Shown here: positions 27,291 through 40,487 of the stretch, piece after piece
Numbering within the stretch: the first letter of the stretch is position 1
How the letters are laid out: each line of letters starts with the position of its first letter
Assembly: GCF_006345805.1 (NCBI RefSeq)
Contig: NC_043003.1
Location: 111,972,001-112,036,000, forward strand
Length of the DNA stretch: 64,000 bases
DNA from: Octopus sinensis
Lineage: Eukaryota
Direction: 5' to 3'
Translations under genes and position numbers: made by a program
Notes under the pieces: model-generated
What the model was told of the DNA's origin: nothing
Seen by the model: only the letters and a program-made list of their open reading frames with translations
Databases searched by the model: none

Positions 27291-29009
27291 TTTTTTTTTC
27301 TTCTTTCAAATTTTCTTCCATTTCTTGCCGAGTGTCTTCCCGACTCCTAGGGCAAAGAAACTCATAGTGTATATTGGTAGGCCATTAAACCAAACTCAGT
27401 AGTTCGTTAATTTTTTTTTTTTTTTTTAAATTAAATTAAAATACATGAGCAGCAGCAGTTCTCACATCGACAATGCTCTTCTCAATACGTGTGATGTACC
27501 AGTTAAGACAATCTTTTGCACTTCTTGCAGGGATGGTAAGCCAGGGATCATTCTCATATAATTTTCGGTTCCCTTCTTGATCAGTCCTAGTGCTCCTACG
27601 ATCACTGGTATTGTAACCGCCTTGAGATGCCACATTTTCTCAATTTCAATGAGAATATTTTCTGAGCTTGTCAAACTCTTTCGCTGAGATATTATGATCA
27701 CAGGGGATGCTCATGTCGATCAATAAGCAAACTTTATTGTTTTGGTCTTTCACAACAATATCTGGTTTATTGGCCTTGATGGTTCGGTCTGTATGTACTG
27801 GAAAGTCCCACAGAATGGTTACATTTTCTCCTTCAGTTATAGCCTCAGGGTGGTGATTATACCACTTGTCGGCAGTTTTGATATTGTAATGCCGACTTAT
27901 TAGCCAGTGGAGATATTGGCCAACTCTGTCATGTCTTAATTTATACTCCACTGGTGCTAAGACTTTACATCCAGAGATTAGGTGGTCCACTGTTTCAATC
28001 ATGTCGTTGCAGAATCGGCATTTTGGGTCTGCTCCATTTTTCATCACATTGGCCTGGTAGTTCCGGGTTGAGAGGCTTTGGTCTTGAGCAGCCAGGATGA
28101 AACCTTCGCTCTCTGCTTTTAGCCCTGAGCTCCGCAGCCACTGATGGGTTTGCTTCTGGTCAACATCAGCTTGTTTGCTGCGGGTCACATATTTGCCGTG
28201 CAGAGGTTTCTCCTCCCACCTATCAGCCAATTGCTCGTGCGCTTTTTCATTGCCATCATTTTCACCTTCTTTGCAACAATAGTTGCCGTACTTTCCTCGG
28301 GTTGTTCAGTTTGGGTATCCTGCACGAGATCAATAGCAAATTTTTTGCTTTCCTTGATGATAGAATGAAGCTTCTTTCGTCTCTCGTGATTTTCCACGAG
28401 CTTTAGCATCCAGTCATTCGATATTTCGAGATATTTGGCCAGTCCAATTGTGGTTGTTTTGTAAGCTAGTTCAAATTGGATCAGGCCTCGACCTCCTTGG
28501 GGGTCTGGGAAGGTAAAGGCAATCTACGTCTGCCTTTGGGTGGTGCATCCTATTACAACTCAGCAGCTTGCGTATTTTTCTATCTATATTCTTTACTTCA
28601 CTCATATTCCAGTTCAACACATTGTAGCTATAAGTAACAACTGGAACTGCTAGGGAATTTATAGCTGACACATTGTTACGTGCATTTAGTTCAGATTTCA
28701 GGACTGCACGAACTCTCCTATAACATTCCTTCCTGATTTTCTCTTTCAAGCTTGCATGCTGAATACCAGAGCCTTCATTTATCCCTAAATATTTGTATGT
28801 TTGTTCTTGCTCAAGCTCTCTTATGACTGTGTCAACATCTAACACGACTGAATTTGTGGTCTTCACTTTCCCTTTCTGGAAAGTGGCCTTGGCACACTTC
28901 TCAAGTCCAAACTCCATCCTGATGTCATCGCTGAATGCTTTCAAGGTGCGCAATAGGCCTTTAAGTTCATTATTGTCTTTACCATAAAGTTTTAAGTCAT
29001 CCATATAAA

Positions 29010-29011
<2 letters not shown>
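27291..29011 (-). mobile_element. R4/Dong-like RLE LINE family 1, copy A (5'-truncated at YMDD)
   Basis: ORFs 28471-29004, 27646-28230 and 27462-27701 give YMDDLKLY, YKYLG, CRFC..ETVDHLISGC (CCHC), RHD, KPDIVV..IDMSIP and VQKIVLTGTSHVLRRALSM; flanked by (TTA)n. Confidence 0.95.
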
Positions 29012-29082
<71 letters not shown>

Positions 29083-29133
29083 TGTTATCATTATTATTAA
29101 TAATAATGATAATACCATTTAACAATAATAATG

Positions 29134-30213
29134 ATACCACCTAACAATTAAGAAGAAGAAGGAGGAGGGGGGAAGAAGAAGAAGAAGAAGAAGAAGAAGA
29201 AGAAGAAGAAGAAGAAGAAGAAGAAGAAGAAGAAGAAGAAGAAGAAGAAGAAGAAGAAGAAGAAGAAGAAGAAGAAGAAGAAGAAACAAAAGCTATAAAA
29301 CAAATGAAATCCAAAATAAAACTAGAACGACAACGGACCATGTTAAAACGATGGCCAGAAAATATCATTCATGCCAAATACTGGACTAAACTAAATGCAA
29401 AAGAAATAGACAAAGAAAAATTCCAGCAATGGTTGAGAAGCTCAGGACTCAGAGCAGAGACAGAGGGATTTTTAATTGCAGCACAAGACCAAAACCTCCC
29501 CACCTGAAATTACCAAAAACATACAATGAAAAGAAACATAACCAGTAACTGCAGAATATGTGGAGATGGAGAAGAAACAATAAATCATATTATCTCTAGC
29601 TGCCCAGTCCTGGCTAAGAAGGAATATATTCACAGGCACGACAGAGTAGGGACCTACATACACTGAAAGCTATGCCAACACTATGGAATAACAACAGAAA
29701 AATGATGGTATAGGCACACACCAGAAAAGGTCACAGAAAACGAGAAAGCAACCATACTCTGGGATATGCCAATACACAGAGATAGAGAAATTAAGGCCAA
29801 ACAGGCTAGATATAGTTGTCAGAGATCATGAGGGGAAAAATACATTCTAATAGATATATCGATACCAGCAGATGACAACGTGTCTCTAAAAGAAATAGAG
29901 AAACTTTCAAAATACAAAGACCTGGAAATAGAGGTAACTCGAATGTGGAATTTAAAAACAGAAACAATCCCTATCATGCTAGGCGCATTAGGTATGAAAA
30001 AAATTATTAAACAAATATATAACAAAAACACCAGGATTTAGAAACACATATAACATACAGAAAAAAATTGCACTATGGGCACTGCACACATCCTACACAA
30101 AACCCTTTCAATACAGTAACCATCAGAGCATCACAACAAATTACAGCACATACCCAAGGCACACAGAGCTGCGCTCGGTAGTGAATTGAAACCACGCTAT
30201 AACAATAAAACTA

Positions 30214-30216
<3 letters not shown>
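29134..30216 (+). mobile_element. R4/Dong-like RLE LINE family 2, 5'-truncated copy
   Basis: WLRSSGLRAETEGFLIAAQDQ, CRICGDGEETINHIISSC, RHDRVG and KLSKYKDLEIEV, with stops and frameshifts; ends ctactg + (AAT)n. Confidence 0.92.
29150..29285. repeat. (GAA)n microsatellite
   Basis: Direct reading; its 3' end is in frame with the LINE ORF (EEE-TKAIKQMK). Confidence 0.97.
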
Positions 30217-30277
<61 letters not shown>

Positions 30278-30279
<2 letters not shown>

Positions 30280-30616
30280 CGTGTCTCTAAAAGAAATGGA
30301 GAAACTCTCAAAATACAAAGACCTGGAAATAGAGGTAACTAGAATGTGGAATCTGAAAACAGAAACGATTCCTATCATAGTAGGTGCATTAGGCATGATA
30401 AAAAAATGTTCAGACAAATACATAACAAAAACACCAGGACTTACAAACACATATAACATACAGAAAATTGCACTACTAGGCACTGCACACATCCTACGCA
30501 GAACACTTTCCATACAATAACCATCAGAGCATCACAACAAATCACGGCACATACCCAAGGCACACAGAGCTGCGCTCGGTAGTGAAGTGAAAGCACGCAA
30601 AAAAATAAAACTACTG
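30278..30616 (+). mobile_element. R4/Dong-like RLE LINE family 2, short 3' fragment
   Basis: ORF 30281-30520 SLKEMEKLSKYKDLEIEV..IQKIALLGTAHILRRTLSIQ plus the same 3' UTR as 29134-30216; between (AAT)n tracts. Confidence 0.92.
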
Positions 30617-30635
30617 AATAATAATAATAATAATG

Positions 30636-30666
<31 letters not shown>

Positions 30667-30680
30667 TAATAATAATAATA

Positions 30681-30724
<44 letters not shown>

Positions 30725-30802
30725 GACATAAAAGAATGAATGACACCTCGATATTATATAGAGCAATTCATCTATAATATGATGTGGGACGATTAGTTGG
30801 CA

Positions 30803-30852
30803 TAATAAAAGTCCGAGTTTCGGATGTCGAGCCGGCATCTCGTCAGTTATTA
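30803..30852 (-). ncRNA. Minimal type I hammerhead ribozyme motif
   Basis: Minus strand taataa CTGACGA gatg-ccggctcga-catc c GAAA ctcggac TT ttatta; 6-bp stem I; one mismatch in stem III. Confidence 0.55.
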
Positions 30853-31158
30853 AGACAAACAAAAATGCTATGAAAATGACCGTTAAATAAATGGAAATAA
30901 CTATGAAGATGACCATTATTAAGACAAAGAAAAGAGCAATTAGAATTACTATTAAAGAAAGAGAAATTACTCGAATAGGGAGAGAGTAAAAAACTCGAAG
31001 AGGGTAAAACCACGCTCATAGAATCCACGTATGCGCGCATGTACATACATGCACATGCGCGCACACCCACCCACGTACATGTGCATATATGCATATGCTC
31101 ACTCACACTCGCGTGAAGTACATACATGCATTTACAAATATGCAAGGTGAAAGGAAAG

Positions 31159-31282
<124 letters not shown>

Positions 31283-31352
31283 GTATGGATGTATATAAAA
31301 CAATAAAATATATAAAATATATATATACATATGTATAAATATACAAATATAT

Positions 31353-33900
31353 ATGTAAGAAATGAAATTGCTGTACGTGGGCACAATATAAAAAGCAGGT
31401 TCTCTGATCTTGGGGGCGCGAAAGACCTAACAGGTATTTAACCATAATTGGACATGATTCAAATAGTTCAGTTCTTAAATTTGGACATGTGACGGGGTCT
31501 AAACTGCTTTTCCAGATGAGCCACCCTTCCATATCACAAAGACCGCACTTTTAACTGTCATTCGTGTAAGTGTTACACTTGGCTAAGATCTTGCAACGGA
31601 TGTTATAATTGACACCTTTTTTTTCTTTTAAGGACCATATATAACTGGATAATCTTGTTGTTTTTCTTTTTACCCAGTGTCTGAAGCTCAAGGTGTGATT
31701 GTTGAACCTGGCTTTGAAATTCCCCGCTGTGAGACCCACATATTTCTGTGACGAAACTATGTCCTTGGTGGTCGTAGAGTCTACGGTGGCTTCATAAATG
31801 ATGGTCTCAGACATGGAAGCTCCATTTAGCGGGCATACTTTTTATCCCTGCACGAGCAGAACAGCTGGTTTCATTTTGTTGTTTTCGTGTGTTTCAATTA
31901 TATTTTTAAAATTAGTAGTTAAGCTAAAACTATTTTTTTAGATTGTGCCTATTGAAGAGCTTTCTATAATTATGATTGACTGGAAAATGCCTATCTATAA
32001 CTGATAAAAAATATTTACCTATGTTAAAGGTCAATTCTGGGGAGTAAGGGGAATGTGAACCAGATAGTTCCTATGTTTCCTTTTCTTTATTACTGGACTA
32101 ATGACAGGTGTATAGGTTATTTCCTCGCTAAATCCCCTATCCTTTAGAGCTTTATTATATACTGGCCAACACTATTAAAATGTTTCTATCGGAGGAGAGG
32201 CTAGAAATTATTTTGCTAATATTTAAACTAAATTCTTAGACATTATGGGGGGATGGTAGGAACCTACATGAATATAACCAAGTCTATCGTTGGGCTTCCT
32301 GTAAGGTTTGTAGATATTCTTATTTATATTTACGGATACATCTAGGAAATTGACAAACGTCAGATTGGTATCTGTTGTAATGCTAAGACCCATGTTTTCA
32401 TCATTTACTCTTTACTCTTTTACTCTTTTACTTGTTTCAGTCATTTGACTGCGGCCATGCTAGAGCACCGCCTTTAGTCGAGCAAATCCACCCCGGGACT
32501 TATACTTTGGAAGCCTAGTACTTATTCTATCGGTCTCTTTTGCCGAACCGCTAAGTGACGGGGACGGAAACACACCAGCATCAGTTGTCAAGCAATGCTA
32601 GAGGGACAAACACAGGCACACAAACATAGACACATGCATATATACATATATACGACAGGATTCTTTCAGTTTCCATCTGCCAAATCCACTCACAAGGCAT
32701 TGGTCGCCTCGGAGCTATAGCAGAAGACACTTGCCCAAGATGCCACGCAGTGGGACTGAACCTGGAACCATGTGGTTGGTTAGCAAGCTACTTACCACAC
32801 AGCCACTCCTACGCCTGGATAATTTTCTTTCTTAAACTGATCTTGTGCTGTTCCATTGGTATTTGTGGTTACATCTAGAGCATCATCTTTGTAAATGGCG
32901 AAATGTACACCAGGAAAAGTCTTACCCAACGTATCAAATAGGAATAGTCCAATGAAATCGCATATGCCTGCTCCATCATATGACCCCATGGTCGCATCGA
33001 AATCACCCTCTGTATCGGTAGTCTTGACCCTCTCTGCGTTCTCACTGAAGAGTAAAGTCTTTTTAGCATGGAAGATTGTGTCCTTATCTTGTGTACTAAT
33101 TTCTATAAATTTTCTTGCGAAGGTGAGGGCTTTATCTAGCAGTCCTGAGAGATAGAGGTATAGAAATCTACAATATCGATTTGTGTAAATCTTTATTCTT
33201 ATTCTTAATGGCTTTAAACCAGTCAACGACTTCTATACTATTCGACCATTGTACTAGCCTAGTAGCATTTCAGACTTTCGCATCGATTTTTCCTAAACTT
33301 TTACTAACAATACCAAATTCTGATTTAGGTGGGTTAATAAGCCTACGTTTTGGATTAGATAGGAAGTACTTTTCATGGTCTTTAATAGTTATAAAGGCCT
33401 ATTTTTTTTTTAGAAGGACTACAATTTTTTAATCTGATTTAAGCCTAGCAGTGATGATGATCGTTTCTTTATAAATTACTTTATAAATTTGTGGCCTAGC
33501 TTTAGTGTAATTATTAATAATGTTATTATGTAGGAGTTGTGACTATGTTCTGTTGCCTACGAGCTCTAAGTTCTTGGTTTCATCAGAAAAAATGATGCCG
33601 TTTTGGGGAAACTCTCTATGTATTTGATATCTTTATCCGTTTCTGTTAGAAAGTGTTAAAAGTCTTACTCGAAATCTTTCAAGCCGTTGATTTTTGGATT
33701 GCGATCTTTGTGATATGGAAAGACGGCTCATCTAGAAATGCAGCTTAGACCTCGCTACATGTCTAAATTCAAGAATTGAACTTTTTGAATCATGTCCATA
33801 TATGGCTAAATATTTGTTACGTTTTTGGTCCCCTTCCCCAATATCACAGCTAGAAACTACTTTTTATATTATCTACATACAAGCATTTCATTTCTTACAT
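31353..33900 (-). mobile_element. Penelope-like element (Naiad/Neptune-type RT + GIY-YIG), decayed, with inverted 3'-end copy
   Basis: RT FDATMGSYDGAGICDFIG..IYKDDAL (32792-33226); VNFLDV; GIY-YIG IIYEA..KYVGLT..FKARFNNH preceded by CSC..CPLNG and followed by CGLC..TELFESCP. 33700-33900 is an inverted copy of 31353-31547. Confidence 0.88.
32401..32816 (-). mobile_element. SINE group A inserted in the Penelope-like RT
   Basis: Full head-to-tail match with 54821-55257; interrupts the PLE reading frame. Confidence 0.92.
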
Positions 33901-33935
33901 ATATATTTTATATTTATATATATATATATTATATA

Positions 33936-33984
<49 letters not shown>

Positions 33985-34547
33985 TATATATATATATATA
34001 TATAGCAGCATCGCAGAATGAATCTTTTTCGTCTAACTTCTTCATTATGCTGTTACATGCTCTGCTTTTTATACAATTCGAATTGCACGTCTAACCGAAT
34101 ATTTCCAAATGTTTTAAGGTCTATCAAAAATTCTATATGTTTTTGTGAATGTTCGTGGCTTAGCATGGCCATATATAGATTATTTAAATCATCGTAAACT
34201 TTATCACTCCAAGTAGCTTTTTTTCTAAACTAAATAAGAAGCATGGCTAACAGAATAATGTATTCAGCTTAGTACTTGCAGTTAACCATATGTTCCCTTC
34301 ATATGGATTAGTCTGAAATTGTTGAATATATTTCTTGTTGGAACACCGCAGCTTAGGTAATTTAAGCGTTAGTCTGCCATCATTTATAATTGATTGTTTC
34401 CGTTCAAAGTCAATTTTTTAAAAACTATTTTTCAAGTACTTTTCTATAACGCATATTTCAGTCATTTGGACTAATATTTCGAAAGTTGAAAAGATTTTAT
34501 AAAAGAAATAGGCGCATGTGTGTGAATATGTGTGTGTGTGTATGTGT

Positions 34548-34611
<64 letters not shown>

Positions 34612-35015
34612 GAATTGAATGTCAATTTGAATAAAGCGAAAAATAATCTTAATAAAGCAACGAAGCAACGAAAGATTACGGTCAAAATGAAGAAACTTCA
34701 ACAGATAATCAAACAAAAAAAAACCGCCCTGCAATGTAACAATAGACATTGAATATCAAAGTGAAAATAAATAAATTTGTTCTGTTGGCAACACTTTGGT
34801 CCTGAATAGCAGAACCGATCTAGCTGGCAAAGAATTTTGAAAGGGCTTTTATTTTTAGACCGCGGTCAAACGATCAAATCCATTCAATCATGTGGTCAGT
34901 CTTTAGCGACACCAATTACAAAGAACGTAGAGAGTAGCAAATTACTTAATTAAATTTACTTTTTCATTTATATAAAAAATAAATGCCCATGCACTGTTTG
35001 ACTGATATATATATA

Positions 35016-35058
<43 letters not shown>

Positions 35059-35589
35059 ATGTATGTATGTATGTATGTATGTATGTATGTATGTATGTAT
35101 ATTTGTATGTACGCATTTATGTATATACGTAAACACACATACAACGGTTTGCACAAAGTATCCATCTACAAAATCCACTCACAAAGCATTGGTCAGCTCG
35201 GAGCTATATAGCACAAGCTATTTTCCAAAGTTTGTCCGCGCCCATTCGTTCCTCCATCTCTACCTGCAAAAGAACACTTATAATCCTACTGGCATTGTCA
35301 TTATTGTTATTATTATCACTAACATTCATATGGTCGCTCTCTCCTCCACTGACTCCAAAAACACCTAACAACAGACACACACCAAGGATCATTCATATAT
35401 GACCTCCACCTTAAAATCCTTTAATGCATGCTCCTCCACTATCTTCTTCGACACTATCCTCACCCCTGCTTTCTCGCTACTATACACTGCCATGATACAT
35501 TCATCTATTTTACCTACACGACTGTCTTCCTACCTAACTCTCGATATACCAAGCTGAAAGTTTGTCCTCGGGGAAAACAAGATATTTCG

Positions 35590-35910
35590 TCGGACTCAGA
35601 GTTAGAAATTGTGACTCCAATATTAGATTATTGTTAGAGGCTGCGTGTTGTGTTCTCGAGCAAGACACTTTATTTCACGTTGCTCCAGTTCACTCAGCTG
35701 TAGAAATGAGTTGCGACGTCACAGGTGCCAAGCTGTATCGACCTTTGTCTTTCCCTTGAATAACACTGGTGGCGTGGAGAGGGGAGGCCAGTATGCATGG
35801 GCGACTGCTAGCCTTCCATAAACAACCTTGCCCGGACTTGTGTCTAGGAGGGTAACTTTCTAGGTGCAATCCCATGGTCATTCATGACCGAAGGGGGTCT
35901 TTACCCTTTA
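35590..35910 (+). mobile_element. SINE group C, copy 1
   Basis: Core gagcaagacactttatttcacgttgctccagttcactcagctgtagaaatgagt is shared with 40488-40735; different tail ending ggtctttacccttta. Confidence 0.75.
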
Positions 35911-37650
35911 TTGTTTAGTGTGTTTCTGTGTGTGCATGTGTGTGTTTGCGTGCACGCGTGTACGTGTAAAATTAATATCACTCCGAAATTAAATATAACC
36001 TTATCTAAGTTATAATACTTATAGGGAAACGAACCAAATTGGAATAAAATTTAAACATTGATCTGTTGAGCAAAGTTGGTGAAGTAAATAAAGCATTATA
36101 TAAAATGGTTCAATGAAGAAACATACATTAATTTCAAGGTCACAGTACATGATATATAATCTATTTACTGAGAAATTAATAATTAAATTAAAATTGTAAT
36201 TAAGGGCAACCTAAACTGATAAATGAAATAGAAAAGTTTCTTTCTTTGGAATGATTAATTGCAGTTAACTGTATAACACAAAGATGAATATACACATGGG
36301 GACAACTTCGGTGCGTACGATCTTTTATATTTTACCTTTATATTTACATAATTGGAGATACAAATGCAATAAGAGTTCGAAATAATGATATCACCTAATC
36401 AAATGCGTTATAATTAATCACAAGAAAAAGATGACAGTAAATGATTGGAAATTTGTTTCAAGGGATAGTTATATGACGATAATCTCGAATAGATTTTGGG
36501 ATTATGAATTTCTGAAAATGTTAAATTTAATCACGTGATAAAGATTGTATAATAAAATGAAGGAAGTAAAATAAGCTAACTCTTTATTTTAAATGATTGA
36601 ATTAATGAATGATTAAATGGTAGAGCAGTCATTGGTTCTAAATTTATCAGCTTTGTGGGAGATAAAATGCGTGTTTATGTTTATTTTTGTATATATAAAG
36701 ATGAGTATGTCTTCCCTTAGGATTAGACAACAAACTATGAAACGATTGTTTCCGTTTCTTTTCTCCGTAAATATATAGGACGAAACGTTTACCATTCGCA
36801 ATGCTATTTAATGTGCTGTAGGGCATTGTAATGTTTACTTTCGTTATTCAGATTCATTATGTGGACATAGGATGGCATTGGAAAGGATTATTAATAAACT
36901 CAAATGAATCAGCATGAGGTTATTTAATAACAAGATACTCAATGATATTAGTGTTAAGAATAACATCAAGAAGACCACTAAGCTACGACAATAGCTGTAA
37001 TGATTTCATCCGTTGAATAAATTTTAATTGAAGATAGAAATAAAAATGCAGATATCATAATGGATATCACAAAAACCACTGTTCGTTAAGTAGTTCACCT
37101 TAGAAAAAAAAATCTAGCGCAATGGGTTAGAATATATGCACTAAGTAGCTTTATACCTTATCGATGTACTCAATAATGAAGTCCCTGCAATGCACTTTGG
37201 CTTGTAAAGTGATGACGTATTAGCTAAAAGGAGAATCGCTTGGGATGACACTTTTTAAAGTTCAGGATTCACGTTTAATTACTTGCGACATTAAAATAAA
37301 ATATCGCCATTAATTTAACAATGTTCTGATATTACACTAGGCTGAACAACATAATTTTATAACCTGTTCAGCAAAGCCAAACAAAATTTCTGATATTTAG
37401 ACCAGATTTTAAATATCATCAGAATATATCTTGTGTTACGTCCAGAAGGTAAATATTTCAGATAACAAATATCTAGTTGTAATCAGGCATTAATATCTAT
37501 TGGACTCAAAGATAAAATTTCACACTCATATGACTGAAGACATTCTCATAGGCGCTTTAGTTGTATACTATAGAAAGCAACTTTCATATAGTTTTAATTC
37601 TAATATAGAAAAGGAATTCTTTATAGACTAGCAATTACTTATTAAACATA

Positions 37651-38729
37651 TATAGTGAACTCAGGATAAAACACAACACCTTCACCATGAAAACTATTCA
37701 GTATATACATGAAAAAGAATCCAATACGCATAAAATAATCCAAGATAAAAAAAATATCGCATAAAACCAAATAATAATTCACAGTTCTGGCAAAAACTTC
37801 CTCGTCGAAACAAAATTCTGGAAGAAAACCGAAACTTTCAAATAGGGACGTTAGGACTTTTATGCGAATTCGTAGACATGATCACAAAAGTACAACTCCC
37901 CAAATTACTGCAGACCTTAATGACCACGTCGAGAACCCAGTATCCACAAAAACTGTTCGCCGGGAGCTGCACAAACCGGACTTCACAAAAGGGCTGCAAT
38001 CAGAAATCCACTACTTTCAAAAAAGAACATTGCAACGCGTTTAGAGTGGAATACAAATCTATAGAATTGGTCCTTGGAGCAGTAGAAGAATGTTATTTTC
38101 TCGGACGTGTCATCCTTTACATTCTTTCGAATCACCGACCGAGTATACGTGTGAAGATAGCCAAAAGAAGCATTTGACCCATACTGCTTTCTTCCGAGTG
38201 TCACACATCGAGCATGATATGTGATGATCTGGGAGCGGGGCTATATAATGGAAATCCGCCGGCCTAATGCTTTCCTTTCTTAGTAGAAATAATAGTCAAG
38301 ACTATTTAAGCATTTTATATGATCAAATTGATCCTATGGTTACGGAACGGTTGCCGGAGAGAAACGCAATCTTTCCGGGTGATAAGGCACCAATCCACAC
38401 AGCTAAAGTTGTTACTGAACGGCACGAGGAACATTCTAGGGAAGTTGAACATCCTATCTGGTCACCACTGTCCTCAGATCTGAAAATGATAGAACATTTA
38501 TGGTGCATCTTAGAAAAACCAAGCAGAGGGCCTCCACCATCACCACACAAGAACTGGAGACTCTTTTAGCTGAAGAATGGACAAAAATTATTTTGGAAAA
38601 AATTCAAACATTGTATGAGTCCATAGTTCGCAGAATTCAAGCTGTAATTATTGGCAAAGGCGGTCCTACTCCATATTGAAATTTGTTTGGAATTTTAAGA
38701 CGTTTCTATTATTTTGCCCATCCCCTGTA
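37651..38729 (+). mobile_element. Tc1-family (DD34E) transposon, decayed
   Basis: SGRKPKLSNRDVR..VSTKTVRRELH (HTH region); FPGDKAPIHTAKVV..WSPLSSDLKMIEHLW. The right end attttgcccatcccctg-TA resembles a Tc1 TIR; the left TIR is degenerate. Confidence 0.88.
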
Positions 38730-39032
38730 TATATATAGATATATATATATATATATATATATATAACGACCTCGAACCCACAAGTGCAAACAAGAGAGAC
38801 AGAGAAAGGCAGAAACAAGGAAAATGCCACTTATATTTGAACACTATACAAATATTCTTTTAAAAAAACTTTCATTTTAATTTTTCTAAATTTAATTATT
38901 TAATCGTTACAGTTAAAAAGGTCTCAAATGACTGAAACCGGTACTGAAATGTTCTTTATAAAATTATTTTAGCATTTTCTCTCTTGACTTGTTTTTTCAT
39001 ATATATCAGCTCGTGTGTTCCTTTTCATCCTT

Positions 39033-39073
<41 letters not shown>

Positions 39074-39484
39074 AAAAATGGAAAAAAGAACGCAACAGAC
39101 GATAATAAAACATCCGGACATATAGACGATGCGAAGACGGACAGGAAAAACAATGACGGGTCATTCGCAGCCTCCTCTCATTAGTCAAGTTACCAAATTA
39201 TCCTTACAGTTTCAGGCAGTTACACTTGAGACTCTTCAAATCTGGCTTCCCTCACCCCAGACCTAAGCTAAGGGCATTAACTTTTAGGGGAGAGAGCAAG
39301 TGACTGTTACACAATTACAAATACGAACAAGAAAACATTAACAGGGCGTATTTCGCCTAATAAAGACCAATCGGTTTGAGCTAGCGTGTGCAGAACGAAT
39401 GTCTTGAGGCAGGAATATAGGAGATGAACATAAGAGACAGGAATACAAGAGATGCATCGCAGCCGCGGAAGAAATATCATGGCC

Positions 39485-39515
<31 letters not shown>

Positions 39516-39523
39516 GTATGTAT

Positions 39524-39765
39524 ATCTTTCTTTTACTCTCTTTTTACTTGTTTCAGTCATTTTTACTGCGGCCATGCTGGAGCACCGCCTTTAATTGAGC
39601 AACTCGACCCGGGACTTATTCTTTGTAAGCCCAGTATTTATCCTATCGGTCGCTTTTGCCGAACCGCTAAGTGACGGGGGACATAAACACACCAGCATCG
39701 GTTGTCAAGCAATGCTAGTGGACAGACACACAAACATACACGCATACACACACAGAGACATACAC

Positions 39766-39770
<5 letters not shown>
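39524..39770 (-). mobile_element. SINE group A, 3' half only
   Basis: tacttgtttcagtcat..gcggccatgctggagcaccgcc..gccgaaccgctaagtgacgggg; stops at the internal microsatellite. Confidence 0.88.
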
Positions 39771-39805
<35 letters not shown>

Positions 39806-39807
39806 AT

Positions 39808-39858
<51 letters not shown>

Positions 39859-39895
39859 TGTGACTTTACATATGCATATATGTGGGTGTGTGTTG

Positions 39896-40194
39896 AGGCG
39901 CAATGGCCCAGTGGTTAGCGCAGCGGACTCGCGTTCGTAGGATCGCGGTTTCGATTCCCAGACCGGGCGTTGTGAGTCTTTATTGAGCGAAAACACCTAA
40001 AGCTCCATGAGACTCCGGCAGGGGATAGTGGCGATCCCTGCTGTACTCTTTCGCCACGACTTTCTCTAACTCTTTCTTCTGTTGGCCTGCTCGCTTAGCC
40101 AGCGGGGTGGCGTCATTTGAAGGTTAAAACTATACGAAGCACAGTGTGATCAGCGATGTGTATCAACATCTAATAGCCTGGTCGGTCATGTGAT
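39896..40194 (+). mobile_element. tRNA-derived SINE group B
   Basis: aggcgcaaTGGCCCAGTGGttag (A box) and ggtttcgattccc (B box); its tail matches the reverse complement of 47405-47528. Confidence 0.88.
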
Positions 40195-40426
40195 AGTGAC
40201 AATGAGAAATATATATATATGTGTGTGTTTGTGTGTGTGTGTATGTGTGTGTGTATGTGTGTATGTCTGTGTGTACACACAGATTTACACGCACAAATAA
40301 ATATATCTAGAGAGATGGATACAGAATTATAAAGATAGATAGAAACATATATCCATAGAATCCTAAACCTATGCACAGCTAATAGCACATCAAAAACCAT
40401 ACCCTCACATATATATATATATATAT

Positions 40427-40475
<49 letters not shown>

Positions 40476-40487
40476 TTGTTTGTGTGT

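Noticed and set aside
39896-39970. tRNA gene
   Set aside because: The A/B boxes are SINE heads continuing into repeat bodies; no complete cloverleaf. The same applies to the other SINE heads.
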